A stretch of 64,000 bases of DNA, taken from assembly GCF_031769215.1 (NCBI RefSeq), contig NW_026782359.1, positions 62,001 to 126,000 of the forward strand, written 5' to 3'. This DNA comes from Ylistrum balloti. Lineage: Eukaryota. The first letter of the stretch is position 1. Every line of letters begins with the position of its first letter. This document shows, one piece after another, positions 37,081 through 51,655 of the stretch. A model generated the notes under the pieces. It was not told the DNA's origin, made no database searches, and worked only from the letters and a program-made list of their open reading frames with translations. The position numbers and the translations under genes are program-made.

Positions 37081-40000
37081 TAAATCTTAATCAATCTTAG
37101 TAAGTAATATCACTAAATGTACTGACTAGCAGCACACACTTCCAGTTTCATATCGCACACTTAAAACGAAACGGATATAATAGAAAATTAAATTATATAT
37201 CAAGATATTCTTTTAAACGATACATAAAAATATAAACAAATCAAAACTTATTATTTATTTGTAGCACAAAATGCACGAAAGCAAGCAAATATATGGGACC
37301 AATTATATTTTTATACGGCTCCTGTAGGCCTTCGTTGTTAGCACGGAAAAACTAACCACGGAAAAACATAGCTTTAAGATGAAGCGATATATCCACATGA
37401 TATTCAGAATTCAGCAACCCACGTGCAAGTAGTCCAAAATTTTCTCCCAACCAAGAGGGAATGAACATCACACACGTATGACATCGCTATGTGGAGGGCA
37501 TTCTTCACCATTCTGAGTCAGCAACAGTTAGTCATGCCACACAGCTGAGACGCCGGATGAAATTATGTTTGAAGGAAAGTGGAAATGGGAGGAACTACAG
37601 AAACATTCTACATTTTAGATATCAATTAGTTCGACAAGTGTTTCCGTCAAGCTGTATCTATTGAGTTGACAGATATGTGACTAAAGACCACACCTGTCAT
37701 ATGGAGGTGATATTCGTCACTATTTCCGAGACAAAGTCAATCAACATCATAGTTATTACCACAAGGACAAATAGTTTTAAAAATGTATTTACATTTGACT
37801 ATTTCTAATAAAATGGTTAGGGTAGTTGTTTTGGTGTTATTGTACATAATTAAGGGTATAATGGCTATCTAGATGATTTATTACACATCACCACTTTCGA
37901 GATCTTATCAATAGAAAGTTGTATGTTTACCTATGTTATGATATGATAAAACTACTTTCGACCTATAACATTGTTTTCGTGAATTATTTGAAGATATCAT
38001 ATAAATAGACCATTACCTGAATTTGACCTTGACGCCACAATGCAGGTCACAAAGGATAGGTGTACTGGGAACACTTTACAGAAGCAGGTGCTCGTTTCTG
38101 CACCCTTCATTTTATGTCTATATAAATCATTAGATTCTGTTTCTTATCTGGTCATACATACCGAATCTATAAAAAACATATAAAAAACAAGGTTATATCC
38201 CATTTGTTATCTTTATTATTATACTCAGTATAATAACTTTACAATCGTTTTAGTTATGTTATTTATGTGGCGACGAAATACTCCTACCATATACGTGTTG
38301 TGTAAGGCATGATGTTATCTCTTTTTTTCTTTTAAAATGTTTTCTAAATTTATCAAAGTGTTTTTAACGAGTAAATATTCATGAAAAATTCACCGTTCTC
38401 TTGAGGATGAAATAGAGTACGTGCTCTATACTGTCTTTGTAAAGTATTATCAGATATTGATGTGCTCTTCTGTAGACTAGTTCTCCTTGTACAGCTGTAC
38501 ATGCCTACATGCACGTATAACAACACATGTTCTATACCTCCTGTAAAGAATCACAAAGGACGTCTGTGCTGCTCACATCCATGTTCGTATCTTCCACCTC
38601 CATAGTTTCTGTACCGATGAACAAGTTTCAAAATTATAAACAGACATGCATTCCAGTTGCATGAAAATCGTTTTAAACTCCTCCCGTCATGTTTGAGATT
38701 TTCAATGTGCACGTTTCAAACTTCATCACCATTGAAGATTGTTGATCTTGCAAGCGTTTAAAGTCATGCAGCTTCCTGTTGCCGCTGCTTGTCATGAGAC
38801 TGGTTTATATCTGGTATATTGACATCACGTGCTGTCTAGATGAGTTATCATGATCTGTCCTGGTATTTATTTCGTAACAAAGAGAGGTCGATTAAGGATT
38901 AAAACCATAACAAACAGCGATCCCCTGATTAACGATATGTGATATTTTATTGTAATGTTAACAAGTATCGGTAAAAATTAGAATAAACTGCTCTTCACAC
39001 ACCTCCAAAAAGCAAGCCATAAAGACATAGTCGGTACAGAATATCATATGTACACAATTATTTTATCATTATTTTTTGTAGCACAATAATTTGTTGGAAG
39101 TATTAAAGTATATTTTCATGTTTGTTTTAATATACAAAAGAATGTAACTGTTGGTTTGTCGGCAAAGGTCTGTAGACGTCTATATATACATTAGCTTACT
39201 CTCATACTGACAAAAGTTAAAAGGGACCCCGAGTGCTTTCATCCATGCTGAGGTACATAAAAATGTTATGTATGCATACGTTACGTAAATACCTTGTAAA
39301 CTTTCGTCTGTGAATGTTACATCGCCACAGGTTTCTACCAGTCCTGTCGTCTCTGTCCTGACGCTGATATATCTTACCACTACAGAGGTTATACTCCAGC
39401 CTCAACACATTTCTCTTTTCTGCACATTTTTCTTAATCTATGTATGTGAAAATATGATGTGTTGGTCGATGACTATAATAAACCACCATGTTACATATCA
39501 ATTAACCATGTATCTATTTTATCATACTAATTCCTGTTCATATTCCCGTTGTATTAGAACAAGATTAGAATAACCGCAGCATATTTCATCTTCTTCATAC
39601 AGCGCATTGTTCTTACGTTGAATTCTCTTTGTCGATTTGATAATTCAATTCTTGCGCTTATTATCCCTTCTTTTAAAAAGCGTTTATTTGGTCATAAAGA
39701 TCAAATTATTCTGTGTACGTATTGGTTTGCGTTCATTGATATTAAATTTGCCATGGTATGAACAATGGAATATCGCTGCGATTCTCACTGCATGATCACG
39801 TATCGTGGTCTTATTTCTGATATAGAAATCAAAAGAAATTTTAGCTTACAGTTTCATTTATTAGACAAGTTATACACATCAGTAATAAATAAATCCAAAT
39901 AAAGCATGAAAAACACGTGCGTAATCAATATATACATACACAGTGGTTGTTAAGGAACCCGCTCGACATTTAAATGTCAGTTTACTTATTCTTTGTTCTA

Positions 40001-41887
40001 CAATAGTTCATGGCAATACTGCTACTCATGAACGTGACACTTTCATGACATGATAATGTTTTGATTGTGAGAGACAATAATAACATAGGTAACACTAAAA
40101 ATTCTTTACTTCATTGTTACAATGATTACGTCACACATTGTTTACATACATATATACATCAACACCGGGGTATGACAGTGGTACTAGAGTGCTATTGTCC
40201 ACATGTTCTCTTGCGTTCAGAATTAATATCCTTACATTTAAGGAGTGATGACGGCTGTTAACTTATGCACGTCTAATTATAGGTGTGAAATGGTCGAAAA
40301 AGGGAAATTAAGTGGTAAGTTGTTTTAAGGCTTCCTGCTGCACTCATTGCCCTATATCTCTGTAAAGGTTTGGCTTAAATACTTGTATTTGCGGTTTACC
40401 AAAATATCATTAAGTCTTGAAAAAGGCTTGATTTCTTCAAAAATCTAGTACTTGACCAAAAATATATTCAGAAAAAGCTTTGCATGATGTCACTGTGTTA
40501 TAAATTACCAGGAAAGAAACATTCTGACGACATATGCCAGGTTTTATTATCCCATTCTAGGACGCAGATATAACAATGTCATCTTATATATGATCATAAA
40601 GTATTTATAAAAAAAATATCTTGCAATGCTATATCTATATACTCGAAGGGTCACTAGCTCCTTACATTTCGGTGACAATGTAACTTCGTCCAACACATAT
40701 AAAACAAACGCAGCTTCGAGGAGATGGTGTCTAATAGACTATATACAACATATACAATTTCAGTTAGTTCCCAGTTTTGGTCATAAATAATGAATTTTGA
40801 ATTGAATTAAACTGAACTTACAAAACACCCCAAATAAAACTTGTCATGTTGATTAATAGAAATACAATACATGACGATCTGAAACTATTGAGGAAACATA
40901 TATGAGAAAATTAGTTAGATCTTTATATCTTGATATGATATTTGCTTTAGTTGGTGAGTATGCTATTCCTCGCGCCATACACAGTCAATGGGTTACGTAA
41001 TGATATGGACAGGTCATATAACCTAGTGTCATGGTTGGTAATACTGCACACAAAATACAATACTAGTTTCATATGAATTGTGAAAATATATTGTTGATAT
41101 ATAGATCACAGCATGTTTGCTTAAAATATTCAACGAGTAAATATTGCAATATTTGCAAAAATATATCTTAATTTGCATTAGAACCACAACTTTACATACT
41201 GTACATACTGTTTCACATTCACGTCATCTTTTATCACAGAAATATCAATAAAACACACTCACACAAAAGCAATACACATGACAACTCATCATACTAACTA
41301 ATGGATTTCAATGGTAACCTCTCGTGCTGACGTCTCGTGGCTAGGTGTGGGTGTTTTTACCCGCCACAGCCTCCACACGGATGCCATTGGTGTGTACTCC
41401 ACGTGGATGATTCACACTAAATATCAGCTCTATATCTGATGTAAGTAATGCTGTTGGGTTCTATGTTGGAAATAAGTTCCATACAATACAGCTGACATAC
41501 ACAAAATATGAAAGACATTTGGTATTATAAGCTGTGTACCTTATGTTTTTCACTATTATGGACCCTCCGATTATTGTTAGTAGTGTCGGTCACTGTTAAC
41601 ATCACACATGTATGTCGGCCGGCTTATCACGGACAAATGTGTTTCTACACCTGAGTGTTATAATCAACATAAACACTTCTCTAGTTAGTCAAATAATATT
41701 CAACATCTATTATACTAATTCTCACAAAGTCTGCCAATCCCAATCACGACTCATTTTATGAAACAGATGCAACATTATGGCATCAAGTAAGAATGATTCC
41801 TGAAGATATCAGTAACGATGCGTAGTTATTGGACCTCTCAAAACTTCTAATGGAGTTGAATATTTTGTTTTGTCCCTTGTGTCAGGA

Positions 41888-42016
41888 TCAGTCTAGTAAA
41901 CTCCCTAGTTTACATTGGTGTATTCTGGCATGGTATCCGGCATAGTCTAACTTGCATGTGATTACATTGTTATCGTAATTGAGTTCTGCTATCAGTAAAG
42001 AAGGATTTACCTCGAT
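41888..42016 (-). CDS. LOXL2: Lysyl oxidase-like, last coding exon (IEVNPSLLIAELNYDNNVITCKLDY...GSLLD*)
   Basis: Acceptor TTTTTATTTCAG; 129 nt ending in TGA at 41888. Contains the LOX C-terminal motif VNP...E..Y.NN...C. The symbol denotes the LOXL2/3/4 family. Confidence 0.92.
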   Translation of the reverse strand: MEVNPSLLIAELNYDNNVITCKLDYAGYHARIHQCKLGSLLD

Positions 42017-42738
42017 CTGAAATAAAAAGACACCAATATAACATAGCGCAAAGACATGATCTCTAAACTAAATACGCTTAAAAATCTTACTTTGACCTGC
42101 TTCATACACTTAAATTATGGTCAATGCTACACTTAAATTGATTGCGACACACAAACGACATAAGGATGATTGTTGTTCTGGTGTATTAGATTGGATTGTC
42201 ATCATTCTGTTTGGTTACATGCCATTTCTGAAACGTTACTTTAACTTATGATTCATTATAGCCATTAGTGCCAATCAAAGTATTTAAGATATTCAGGAAA
42301 TTTGTACTTATAGATTTGTAATCTAGATCATGAATTCTCGCAAGAAACATTTATATTGTTTATTTATACACATCGTGAGTTTCGGTTTTCTTTTAAACCA
42401 AGAGATGGATATCATTTTCCAATGTAACAGGACTGACGACAATCTATAGTATCCACAGGGAGGTTAATGTGTTTCTAGCATGACGATATGTCTATAATCG
42501 CTGTAGATCTGTGATATTTAAAAGATACTATCTTTATTGCCCGAGAGGTTTTTTTTGACAGAAAACGATTTGCATACTTTTGTAAAAGCGTGAATTCTTG
42601 TCTGTGAAATTATTCTATTATGCAGGTAAGAAAGAAAATGTAAAATTAGGTAATGATTACAGCTTTAAAGACAGAAAAGTTGAATCAAGATGGAACCTTT
42701 GTTATGCCTTATATAAGGGCTGTGACTATCCTGTTTAC

Positions 42739-42833
42739 CTTAAATACATATTCCCCAGTCTTCAGATCCGTTATATCTATCCACTGGCAGTCTATATCCG
42801 CCATGTAGTTATCAGAACAACCGACAGAAATAC
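42739..42833 (-). CDS. LOXL2: Lysyl oxidase-like exon with the LTQ tyrosine ([32 protein letters not shown])
   Basis: AG and GT boundaries, phase 1/0; contains [11 protein letters not shown]. Confidence 0.95.
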
Positions 42834-43355
42834 CTGTAAACATATATAGATATCAACTACATTTACAGAAAAAACAATAAATAGTTATATCACTGATGTT
42901 GTCTTTCAAATTCGGATTTAACTACAACAGCATATTAAACAATTACAGTGAAACGTTCCTCATGTAATGTATGGAACTTGTGACAATTTGACATTTCAAT
43001 GGTTTCGTTGCAATCGAAATGAAATCTTATTTTACAGAATTTCTGCAAATGTACATTTATTGGCGCATTTAAATTTTAGCGCATTTTCGATTTTGTACAA
43101 ATCAGCGCAATAATGAATTCGCTCTTTCGCAAAAATTGCTCTAATGCAATGATGTTTTAGTGCAATATCGTATCGCGAAAACTGCGAAGATTACCGCCAA
43201 ACATTTACGTTCACAGTATCAATCGTGAAACCATAATGACCAATCGACAAATCCATTTTGTAATGATAAAAAATGACATCGATCTTTCTACTGTTATTGT
43301 ATGTTACAATGTTTAATCATACGTGATTCAAAGAGGAATACAGATATTTCATTAC

Positions 43356-43513
43356 CCTGCTGGCCGTAGTTTTGACACCTGTACTTTGGTCGAACCCCAC
43401 GACCACATTCGGAGTCTTCGAGACAAAAGCTGGCCTTCAGACCCTCGGCCATAAGGTTACCGTTATGGTCCGTGATATCGTAGTGGGCGAATACCTCCAT
43501 ACTATGGTAGTGC
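43356..43513 (-). CDS. LOXL2: Lysyl oxidase-like exon with HYHSMEVFAHYD and the LTQ lysine (AEGLKASFCLEDS)
   Basis: Acceptor TTTTTGACAG and donor G|GTAATG; phase 2/1. Confidence 0.95.
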
Positions 43514-44674
43514 CTGTCAAAAATCAGATGTGTTTGATATTTACTAAATATGAAAATTGAACACTAGATAACTTCTTTTTAAAAACAAGACAGGGGTGTT
43601 ACAAGCAGTTAACACGGGAGTGAAAGAAAAAAGCATGCCTGAATGAACACGTGATCTGTTTTTATTATATCACATTCATCTCGTGACACGCACCTTGATC
43701 CGTTATTGATAGGTGCTCAATAGACAATGATTGACATTCTTATTCTTAAACGCGATCATTAAGGAAGGTCCTATCAAACCTGTTAAATTGATCCACATCG
43801 AACAAATCGTTAAGACGAAAACCAATCTACCCGTGGAAGATCAGGTTGAATATTGATACATGAGGTATTTACCAAACACGATGTTTTACAATGCGAAACA
43901 TTGTCACATTTTCTATTATGTCCGAATCCCACGTGGATTTCACAATAGAAAATTCTCGCCTGCCACATATCATAATTGGTATTTGAATATGGTGACTTTA
44001 ACATGAGACGATATGGCATATTCTGCAAATCATAATTATTATGTACTTAGTATATTGTATTGTTCTTTCTGATATCGATATTAACGTGCTTCGTTGTGAC
44101 CTTACGTATATTCCCATTGATGTAGTATATGACAGAACCATCGATTATTGACCTTAATCCTAGATATTTGTTAGCGTGGTCTACATCCAAGAACGGGGCA
44201 TATCAAAGCATAGATCACTTCCTCAAATCCATCGAATTCAATTTTCTTCTTATTATGATTTCTTCAATTTTGCAAATTCATGGAATTAAGGGTCAATATA
44301 TTACTCATCGAAATTTTGATTGAACTTCCATAACTGGCCTGTTATCCAGGCCTGTCAGTCTTTGCCGGAAACAATAACAAGTGATCCACTAGAAATATAT
44401 GTAAAGAACAGTCGAGCAATTATGACGTCAAAATAGAAGACATGCAATTTACCGATATTTTTACTTGTACATGTAAGTCTCACGTGCCTCTTTATAGCAT
44501 GATTTATTATTGATAACATATACGTCAACTCATCCCTGATGTTAATGTTGTGTAATTTCAGCACATTTAACAGACGTCATTTTCTCTCATCTCAGTTTCA
44601 AGTGTGTCTTATATTTAAGGCATACACCACTTCCGCCTGTGATTCATGGAAGCGTAAAATGATATTTTACTTAC

Positions 44675-44792
44675 TGATGACATGCGTGCCATTCCCATTC
44701 ATGGCGTCTCTTGGTCGGATTGAAGTCAGCCGTTCCGCGATTGCTTACAACACTGGAAAATCTCAAGAGTCGTCTCGAACTTCTTCGCCATC
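44675..44792 (-). CDS. LOXL2: Lysyl oxidase-like exon ([18 protein letters not shown]...WEWHACHQ)
   Basis: Acceptor TTTGATAG and donor CA|GTAAGT; encodes the first half of the copper talon. Confidence 0.95.
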
Positions 44793-45004
44793 CTATCAAA
44801 CATAATGAAATACGGTGATTGTGCAACTATATTGAACTTATTTCAAACATTGATGAGTAAAAATGTGTGCAAACTAATTTCTTTGAAATCACAGGAAAAA
44901 CAAATTATTTAGATCTTTAAATATCAAAGGCATTACGTACTCACGGAAATAAAAAGTTACTAGTAGTCTATAATTGTAAATATCCAGACAAACATGAAAC
45001 CTAC

Positions 45005-45148
45005 CATACGGATTATTTCTTTGTAAAGCGTAAGCGGAGGAAGATAAACACTGTTCCTCCATTGCGCATGTCAAATAAAAAAGTGCTCTATCCTGCAGGA
45101 ATGCAGTAGTCTCCAACATATATGTACTCGGCTCAAGATCAGGTAATT
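45005..45148 (-). CDS. LOXL2: Lysyl oxidase-like exon, start of the catalytic domain (ELPDL...CAMEEQCLSSSAY)
   Basis: Contains the LPDL and CAxEExCLSSSA motifs; acceptor TATTGTAG and donor G|GTAGGT. Confidence 0.95.
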
Positions 45149-46601
45149 CTACAATAGTTGAAAGAAACAAACATTTTATAATTATTATTTATTATTATTT
45201 ATCTATACTGTAAATAAACTGAACGTTTCACTGTTGACGACATTATTACATATGTATTAAATCATTGCCTGCAATAAATATATTATATGGAATAAAACTA
45301 AAAACATAAAAACCATACTGTTTTAATATGTTTTCTAGTCGTTTAATCAATTGCAGCACCTGTTTCATACTCTGTGTGTGGCAAGGCTTCATACAACAAT
45401 ATACTAACACGTAGATTTGGCAAATTAACAACAGTGTTAAGTTGGCAGTGAATAACATCAACCGGAACCTTTCCAATAAAGCAATATTATAAGTAATGAA
45501 CAAGAGAAAATTATAATGTGTCTTTTTAGTGCTTAACATACTATATTCCAGCCTTTATTTCACAAACGTTCCCATTTAATTGCCTGCAATATCAATCTGT
45601 AAATTTTACGACCTGTGATAGGCGATAATCGAGCCCAGATGTTCCCGATTACTGTGGAGGTCAATATAAAACCTTCTGGTTTCGGAACACTGCAGAAATC
45701 TGATATTTCCTTTTAAATGAACTGCATACAGACCCTTTTGTAAGCTAAATGCAATTTCAGCTTTACCTCAGTGCAAACTAATATAACAACTACGCTCGTT
45801 CGCTGTTCATTTCATTTATAATATACATGATTGTCAAAATTTTGTAAAAGCGACAGAAGTAGCTCACATTGCTCAAGGTCCATAGTATGAAATATACTGT
45901 TTAAGTCAAAAGTGACTGATCCTGGTGACCTTAGGTTATATTAAGGTTTTATGTTTCATCTGTATTCCTATTATGGCATTTCTTATCTTGATCGAAGTAT
46001 TCTTTATTAGTTTTTCATGTATCATTTTTTACATAAATATGCTAATGTAAAGTAAATATGTAAAGGTATTTCATTCAGAAAGAAAAATTATGCTATTATC
46101 GAGACTGAATATTCTCTTGAGAAATTTCAAAAATCAAAATAAAATTTAAATCAGTATTAAACTGCATGAAAGATAAGATTATATATAACATTAAATACTT
46201 TTGTGTCAGTAAATTTATCAGGGTAGGCTATTTTGTATACTATTCTGTTCTAGCAATCATATTTGTATGATAATTTAAGTTTAGAATTTTGATACATTTA
46301 AACAGTTCGATATTGAAATTTTGTTCGATGTACCTTACACCTTCCTGGTATCCAGAACGGTGGAAAGGTTTGATACCTGATAAAGATTAATGACAACGTT
46401 TTATACAATTCTCTTGTCGACTTGGTAATGAGTTTGTACATGAATATATGTTTTAAGCTCAATTGTATCGATTGATGTAATTGTCTTTTTAAGCACATTA
46501 TAGTACCTTACAAGTGACAACTTATGATCACTGGTTATGAGAATTAACTTCCTTACATAACATAGTAAAGGAAAACATTAACGTGAGGTTTTTATGCTCA
46601 C

Positions 46602-46761
46602 CTTTTGCGCACACGATCCCTGCTACAGAGTCGGCCCTCCTACACCTCATGCCTCCTCCCTCATGTTCCATCCACTGGCATTCATTCAAGTTCTCCTCCT
46701 TTCCTGTGCATCTCACAGAGTAGAAATATTTATTCAAATTTCTTCCTCCGAACACAGAAGT
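46602..46761 (-). CDS. LOXL2: Lysyl oxidase-like exon, C-terminal half of the last SRCR domain
   Basis: Reads VRCTGKEENLNECQ...CRRADSVAGIVC; acceptor TTTTAATCAG and donor G|GTGAGC. Confidence 0.92.
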
Positions 46762-49614
46762 CTGATTAAAATAGAACAAATATCTTTGAATTTTCATCAT
46801 TTCATTCCAATTACATCAGCTAAGCATACCTTTTTCAATAGCAAGATACGAATCAAAAATGTTTCAGCATATCGAAAGGGACTTAAGATACCCTGACTCA
46901 GTTTTCATGTATTTGAAAATATGGGTATATCAAAGAGATAATTTTTGCAGATAAAAATACGCATAATGTAACATATATAGAATTTACGATTTTGACATAT
47001 GTGTAGTATAATTTGAATTTGGGTTCTATTTGAAGTGCCTTGTAAATAACTGGGTGTGATTTTATCGATGAAGATTCATATTTCACAAAAAGAAATGTGT
47101 ATGGTTTCCCTAAGATCGAGTGAATGCGGAGTCACAAATAACTGTATAAATATCAATAAGCATTTTTCAAAGTATATAACAATATTGTTTTTCTTTTCTA
47201 AAAAGAAACACAAAGATGTAAAAAAAATTCAACATTGTGAGTCAGATGAATACAGGTCATTTAAATGTTAAAGCGAAATAATAAAAAAAGACCAAAGAGA
47301 AGCTGGACCAATGCTGTCGGTCTTTTAGATAAGGTTTAAAAAGAAGTCATCCTTCTTAAAACTACCAAGTAAAGAACAAGAGACTGACGATCACCAATGC
47401 AAAAGACATTATTCATTCAAACTGGGTCGTCTAGGATCAAAGACAAGAGTTCTACTGATCCAGCTCATCACCAGTACATGTCATGCCCTCTGACGAGAAG
47501 TACTCGTACATGTATTTTAACTGTTGGTGTAATTACTTAAGCAAATCTACTTTATTAGAGGATTGTGAAGTGCTTTATCACACGACTGTCTGACATAAGA
47601 GTTCAGAGCTAAATGCACTGTTTAGCATGTCTGGTTATTTCGATGACCTTGTCAGTGTTTAAATCAGAAATTTTAATAAATTTGTCATGTTCCTGTCTAT
47701 AAACAATGAATTTAAGATAAGAACACTACCCGAACATGATCATGCTTATTTTGATATGTTAGCGCGATGATCTCGTATCAGTCCAAAGGCTTCTAAAGAG
47801 TGTGATATCAAAATAGTTATATCACGATCTTTTTATCACACATTTTGGTGACGTCACAATTGAACTGATTACCTGATATCAAACCCAAGCGGATAAAGAA
47901 ATAATACATGTTTAAATTCGCCTGAGAATATGATAAATTCATTTAAGTAAAATCTTTGTCCAAAAATAATATAATCAAAAGATGTAAGGAAATAAAAACA
48001 AAAATGACAGTATACAAAAGGAAATATTTCATGTACCTCTCTATGATATTAACATACTGTCTAACCAAGGTCGTGAAAGCTAATTATATTTTACTATCTG
48101 AAGTATAATTGATAGGTACGTTAGGAAAACAGGTACAACCAACTGTTAGAAAGCGTTTAGCTTATAAATTAGTCTTTATATCTATTATGTGAAAAGTAGG
48201 CAATATATTTATATATTGTATTGATAGGCCATTCCACATAGATAATTAACCACGTTGGTCTACAACTGACTCACAGAAGGTTTGTAAAATCGGTATCATT
48301 TTGATAAACCGAGGTCATTATACAAATATTTAGAATGCGTCATCAATTAGTCATTATAACGTACACCTGAACAGAACTATTTATGATCACAAGAACAAGT
48401 TTTCCCTCTTGAAGAGTTACTCTTTGGCACATCTGAAGTGCCAGTTTTGCTTTGTAATTTTAGACAACTTAGAGTAAAATGTCCTGTAGGCAAGATACAT
48501 GTACGGTCAATTACGGAAGTATGAGTCAAATGGTTATTGATAATAATGACACTATAGAAAAAGAAACAAACATATGATCATGTCAACGCAAAGTTGACGT
48601 CAATAGCAAAGAGATAAATATAAATTTTGAGTTTACAGTCAAGTCATCATCATGGATCTAGTTGAAAGAAAGAAAGAAACAAATAAATAAATAAAACGAA
48701 GTGAACCATGGGAAACTAGGAAATAGGATCAATAAGAGGAAAGTAAACTTGAAAAAAGCAAAACGTCGTTGGGAGGGAAGAGTTGATGAGGAGAAAAAAA
48801 GAAGCTTAAACAACGGGCGACAAAGTGGCATCAATGATGAGAAAACAGCGCGAGCAAGATAAAAAAATTATCTTAAAAAACATGATTAGGAACCGAGAAG
48901 GCATAAAGGAAACGACAAATAACATCAGAAACACCATATTGAAAGGAAGACCAAGCCTTCTTCAAAAGGTCAAAAGAAAAGAGATATAAAGGAAAGGCGG
49001 CAGTAGTGTACAAGTATTCTGGAGGGTAAAGTAATTTCTCTAACACTACAAGTCGCACCTGTCATGGCGTCTATTACGATCGCAATCTGTATGTTTATAT
49101 ACATATCGAAATACATTAAGTTTTTGCGTGATAAGATAAAATCTTGTGCAAGCTGCAGACAAGTAGTTGAGCTCTAATTAACAATGATATTATTGTGTTT
49201 TGATTTCTACCTTAACGAGAATTTCTGTGAACGTCTGTAATTATATTTTTGCATAAAGATTCAAAATGGCATTTAAGGTTTGTTGGTATTTGCTAATACA
49301 TGGGCTTTCCGTTTCTAACTTTAGTTGGTGAATTCGGTTTTGAGATGGAGGGTTCTGTTGGAATGGTCAATGAACGAAAAAGAAAATACAGTCTTCACTA
49401 CAGGAACAGAAAAACTGAGACTTTTTTGTGTCTCAATGGATGTCCAAAAGAGACATTTCAGATAGAAAAGTACATTAACGTCATTACAGTGTCCAGTTGG
49501 ATTTTCAGTGGATCTGTATTTACCTGGCATCCTAGTAAAAGTACATCAAAAGTACATCAAAATAAGAATAGATGATAGTGACGACAAAATTAGTAACAGT
49601 GACTGAAAACTTAC

Positions 49615-49785
49615 TGTTGTGTTTTGTTGTGCGAATCCTATCCCGAGATGTTTACACGTAACAATAGCTTCCTTAAATGTCCATTGGTCACCACAAATGA
49701 CCCCGTACTCTGTCTGTCCATTGGGTAACACCTCCAGTCTTCCATCTGTTCCTCGTCGTCCTCCAGCTAAACGCACCAGGATTTT
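49615..49785 (-). CDS. LOXL2: Lysyl oxidase-like exon, N-terminal half of the last SRCR domain
   Basis: Reads VRLAGGRRGTDGRLEV...YGVICGDQWTFKEAIVTCKHLG; acceptor GATTGTAG and donor ACA|GTAAGT. Confidence 0.93.
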
Positions 49786-51655
49786 CTACAATCAAATTTT
49801 TAGTAGTAATGAAAAAGACGAAATGAGAAAAATACTCTTATTTTATTATAAGAGTCCTTTATCAGGCTATCCTTCTTGCGAATCGTCCTCTTGGTACATT
49901 TTTAAATGTATCAAAGGGCAACCTAATTATTCAAGCAACACTTATAAGATCGATACAAATGCTTCCGACAAAAATATTAAGGATGTAAATGAAAGTTATC
50001 CAGGTTTCTCATATCAAATGATCTGTTGATATTCAAGATTTGACATAAGATGTTTGTAATATATACTTTTGGTTATATGTCTATGAATCAAATGGTTATC
50101 GCGAGATCGCTCCACATTTTAACAGCTGCCAGTGACAACCACGAAAACACAGAAAACGTAAAGGACCATTTCACGTATCTAGTGAAATATAAGAAAGCAT
50201 ATTCCTATATCAGATGCCAGTGATAGGACTGGTTTATTATGTGCAAAATAAACATTCATCCGTGCGCCCCACGTCCATTTGAAGCCATTCGTCCGGATAA
50301 AAAACTGAGGCGTCAGATTGAGATATATATGTGGTCTTAATGGTTTGCTTGAGTGCATAATGAAATTATGAGTAATGTTAGTGTTAAATAACAAACTTAC
50401 AAAGATATCCAGCGAGTGTAACGAAAATGGAGGTAAGATGTTCCCACAGTAATTGTCAAATATGTGCACAAACTGCAATTGAGTCTTGTAAAAAGGAGAA
50501 ATTAACGAGTGAGATAGCCTAAATATAGTTATGTTCTAAATAAAAACAACGCTATTGTCAATCATTTCGGTGTATGAATTTCACCATCTAAACACAAAAG
50601 GTAAAAAGTAATTCAGGGTCAAAACCCCTCTTCTCGTAACAAGATATCATATATCTACACAAAAGATGGATGGCGTAGGGACGGTGAGGTAGGACGCTAT
50701 AAGTCTAACCACGGTCACCGCGATCTTATCATGTATCCAGTAAACAATGGGCAGTAAGAGGAGAGTCCAGCACCTGATACTGGGCTTCAGACAACTCATT
50801 TGATAACATTATATCTAACGACAACACAGCCATAATCTCACCAATAACAGACTCTTATTACAAACTGTAGACGGCTTGAAAGCGATAGCGTTTTAATTGT
50901 TGAAAGAAGTTTGATTCAATTATATTTGTCTTAAATAATATGACATTTGTCCGCAATGGTTTAGTGCGATCCTTGTCAACATGCATGCTTTTGTTGTGGT
51001 CACATGATACGGGCTGCCTCTGCTGAATCTGCTGTTAGTGGATATCTGTAGCATGATTAGTATATACATGTACTAGTGGTCAGAGTACTCATAATCGTTC
51101 CCACAAAAGCACCGTCATATAAAATTAATATTCCCTATATAAACGAGTGTGGGTGGTCAAACGTGAGCATTGTGTGTGTCTTAAATCGTGTATTCACATC
51201 ATGTAATACCCAGACGAACTCTTAATCTCAACTATATCTATACTCACAATATATTCATATAATTAGTCACAGCTCTACCACGGAGTCTGAAGGTTCATAG
51301 CGTTCTCAAATAACATTCAAGCAATGATATTCTCAAAACATTTCGCATTGTTTATTTTTGAAGATTCGCTTTTGATCAGATTTTATGTAGTTAATGTGCC
51401 TAGATAACACATAGCATTGCCTAAAATAAGATAATGTTGTCTGTTGCTACAGATAGCAAAGCACTAGATTCTTAATTGGAAAAGGTATAACTTGGTATTT
51501 ACAAACAAATCAAACGACAACCACAAAATTATAGTTTTATAGCTTTTTGCTATTACGTGCATTCACAATTACTATCTTTCAGTTGAAGTACTTTGTAGCC
51601 TATCCACAGAAGGACAATTTGCTAGTCGTTAACACTACAGCACATATATACTCAC

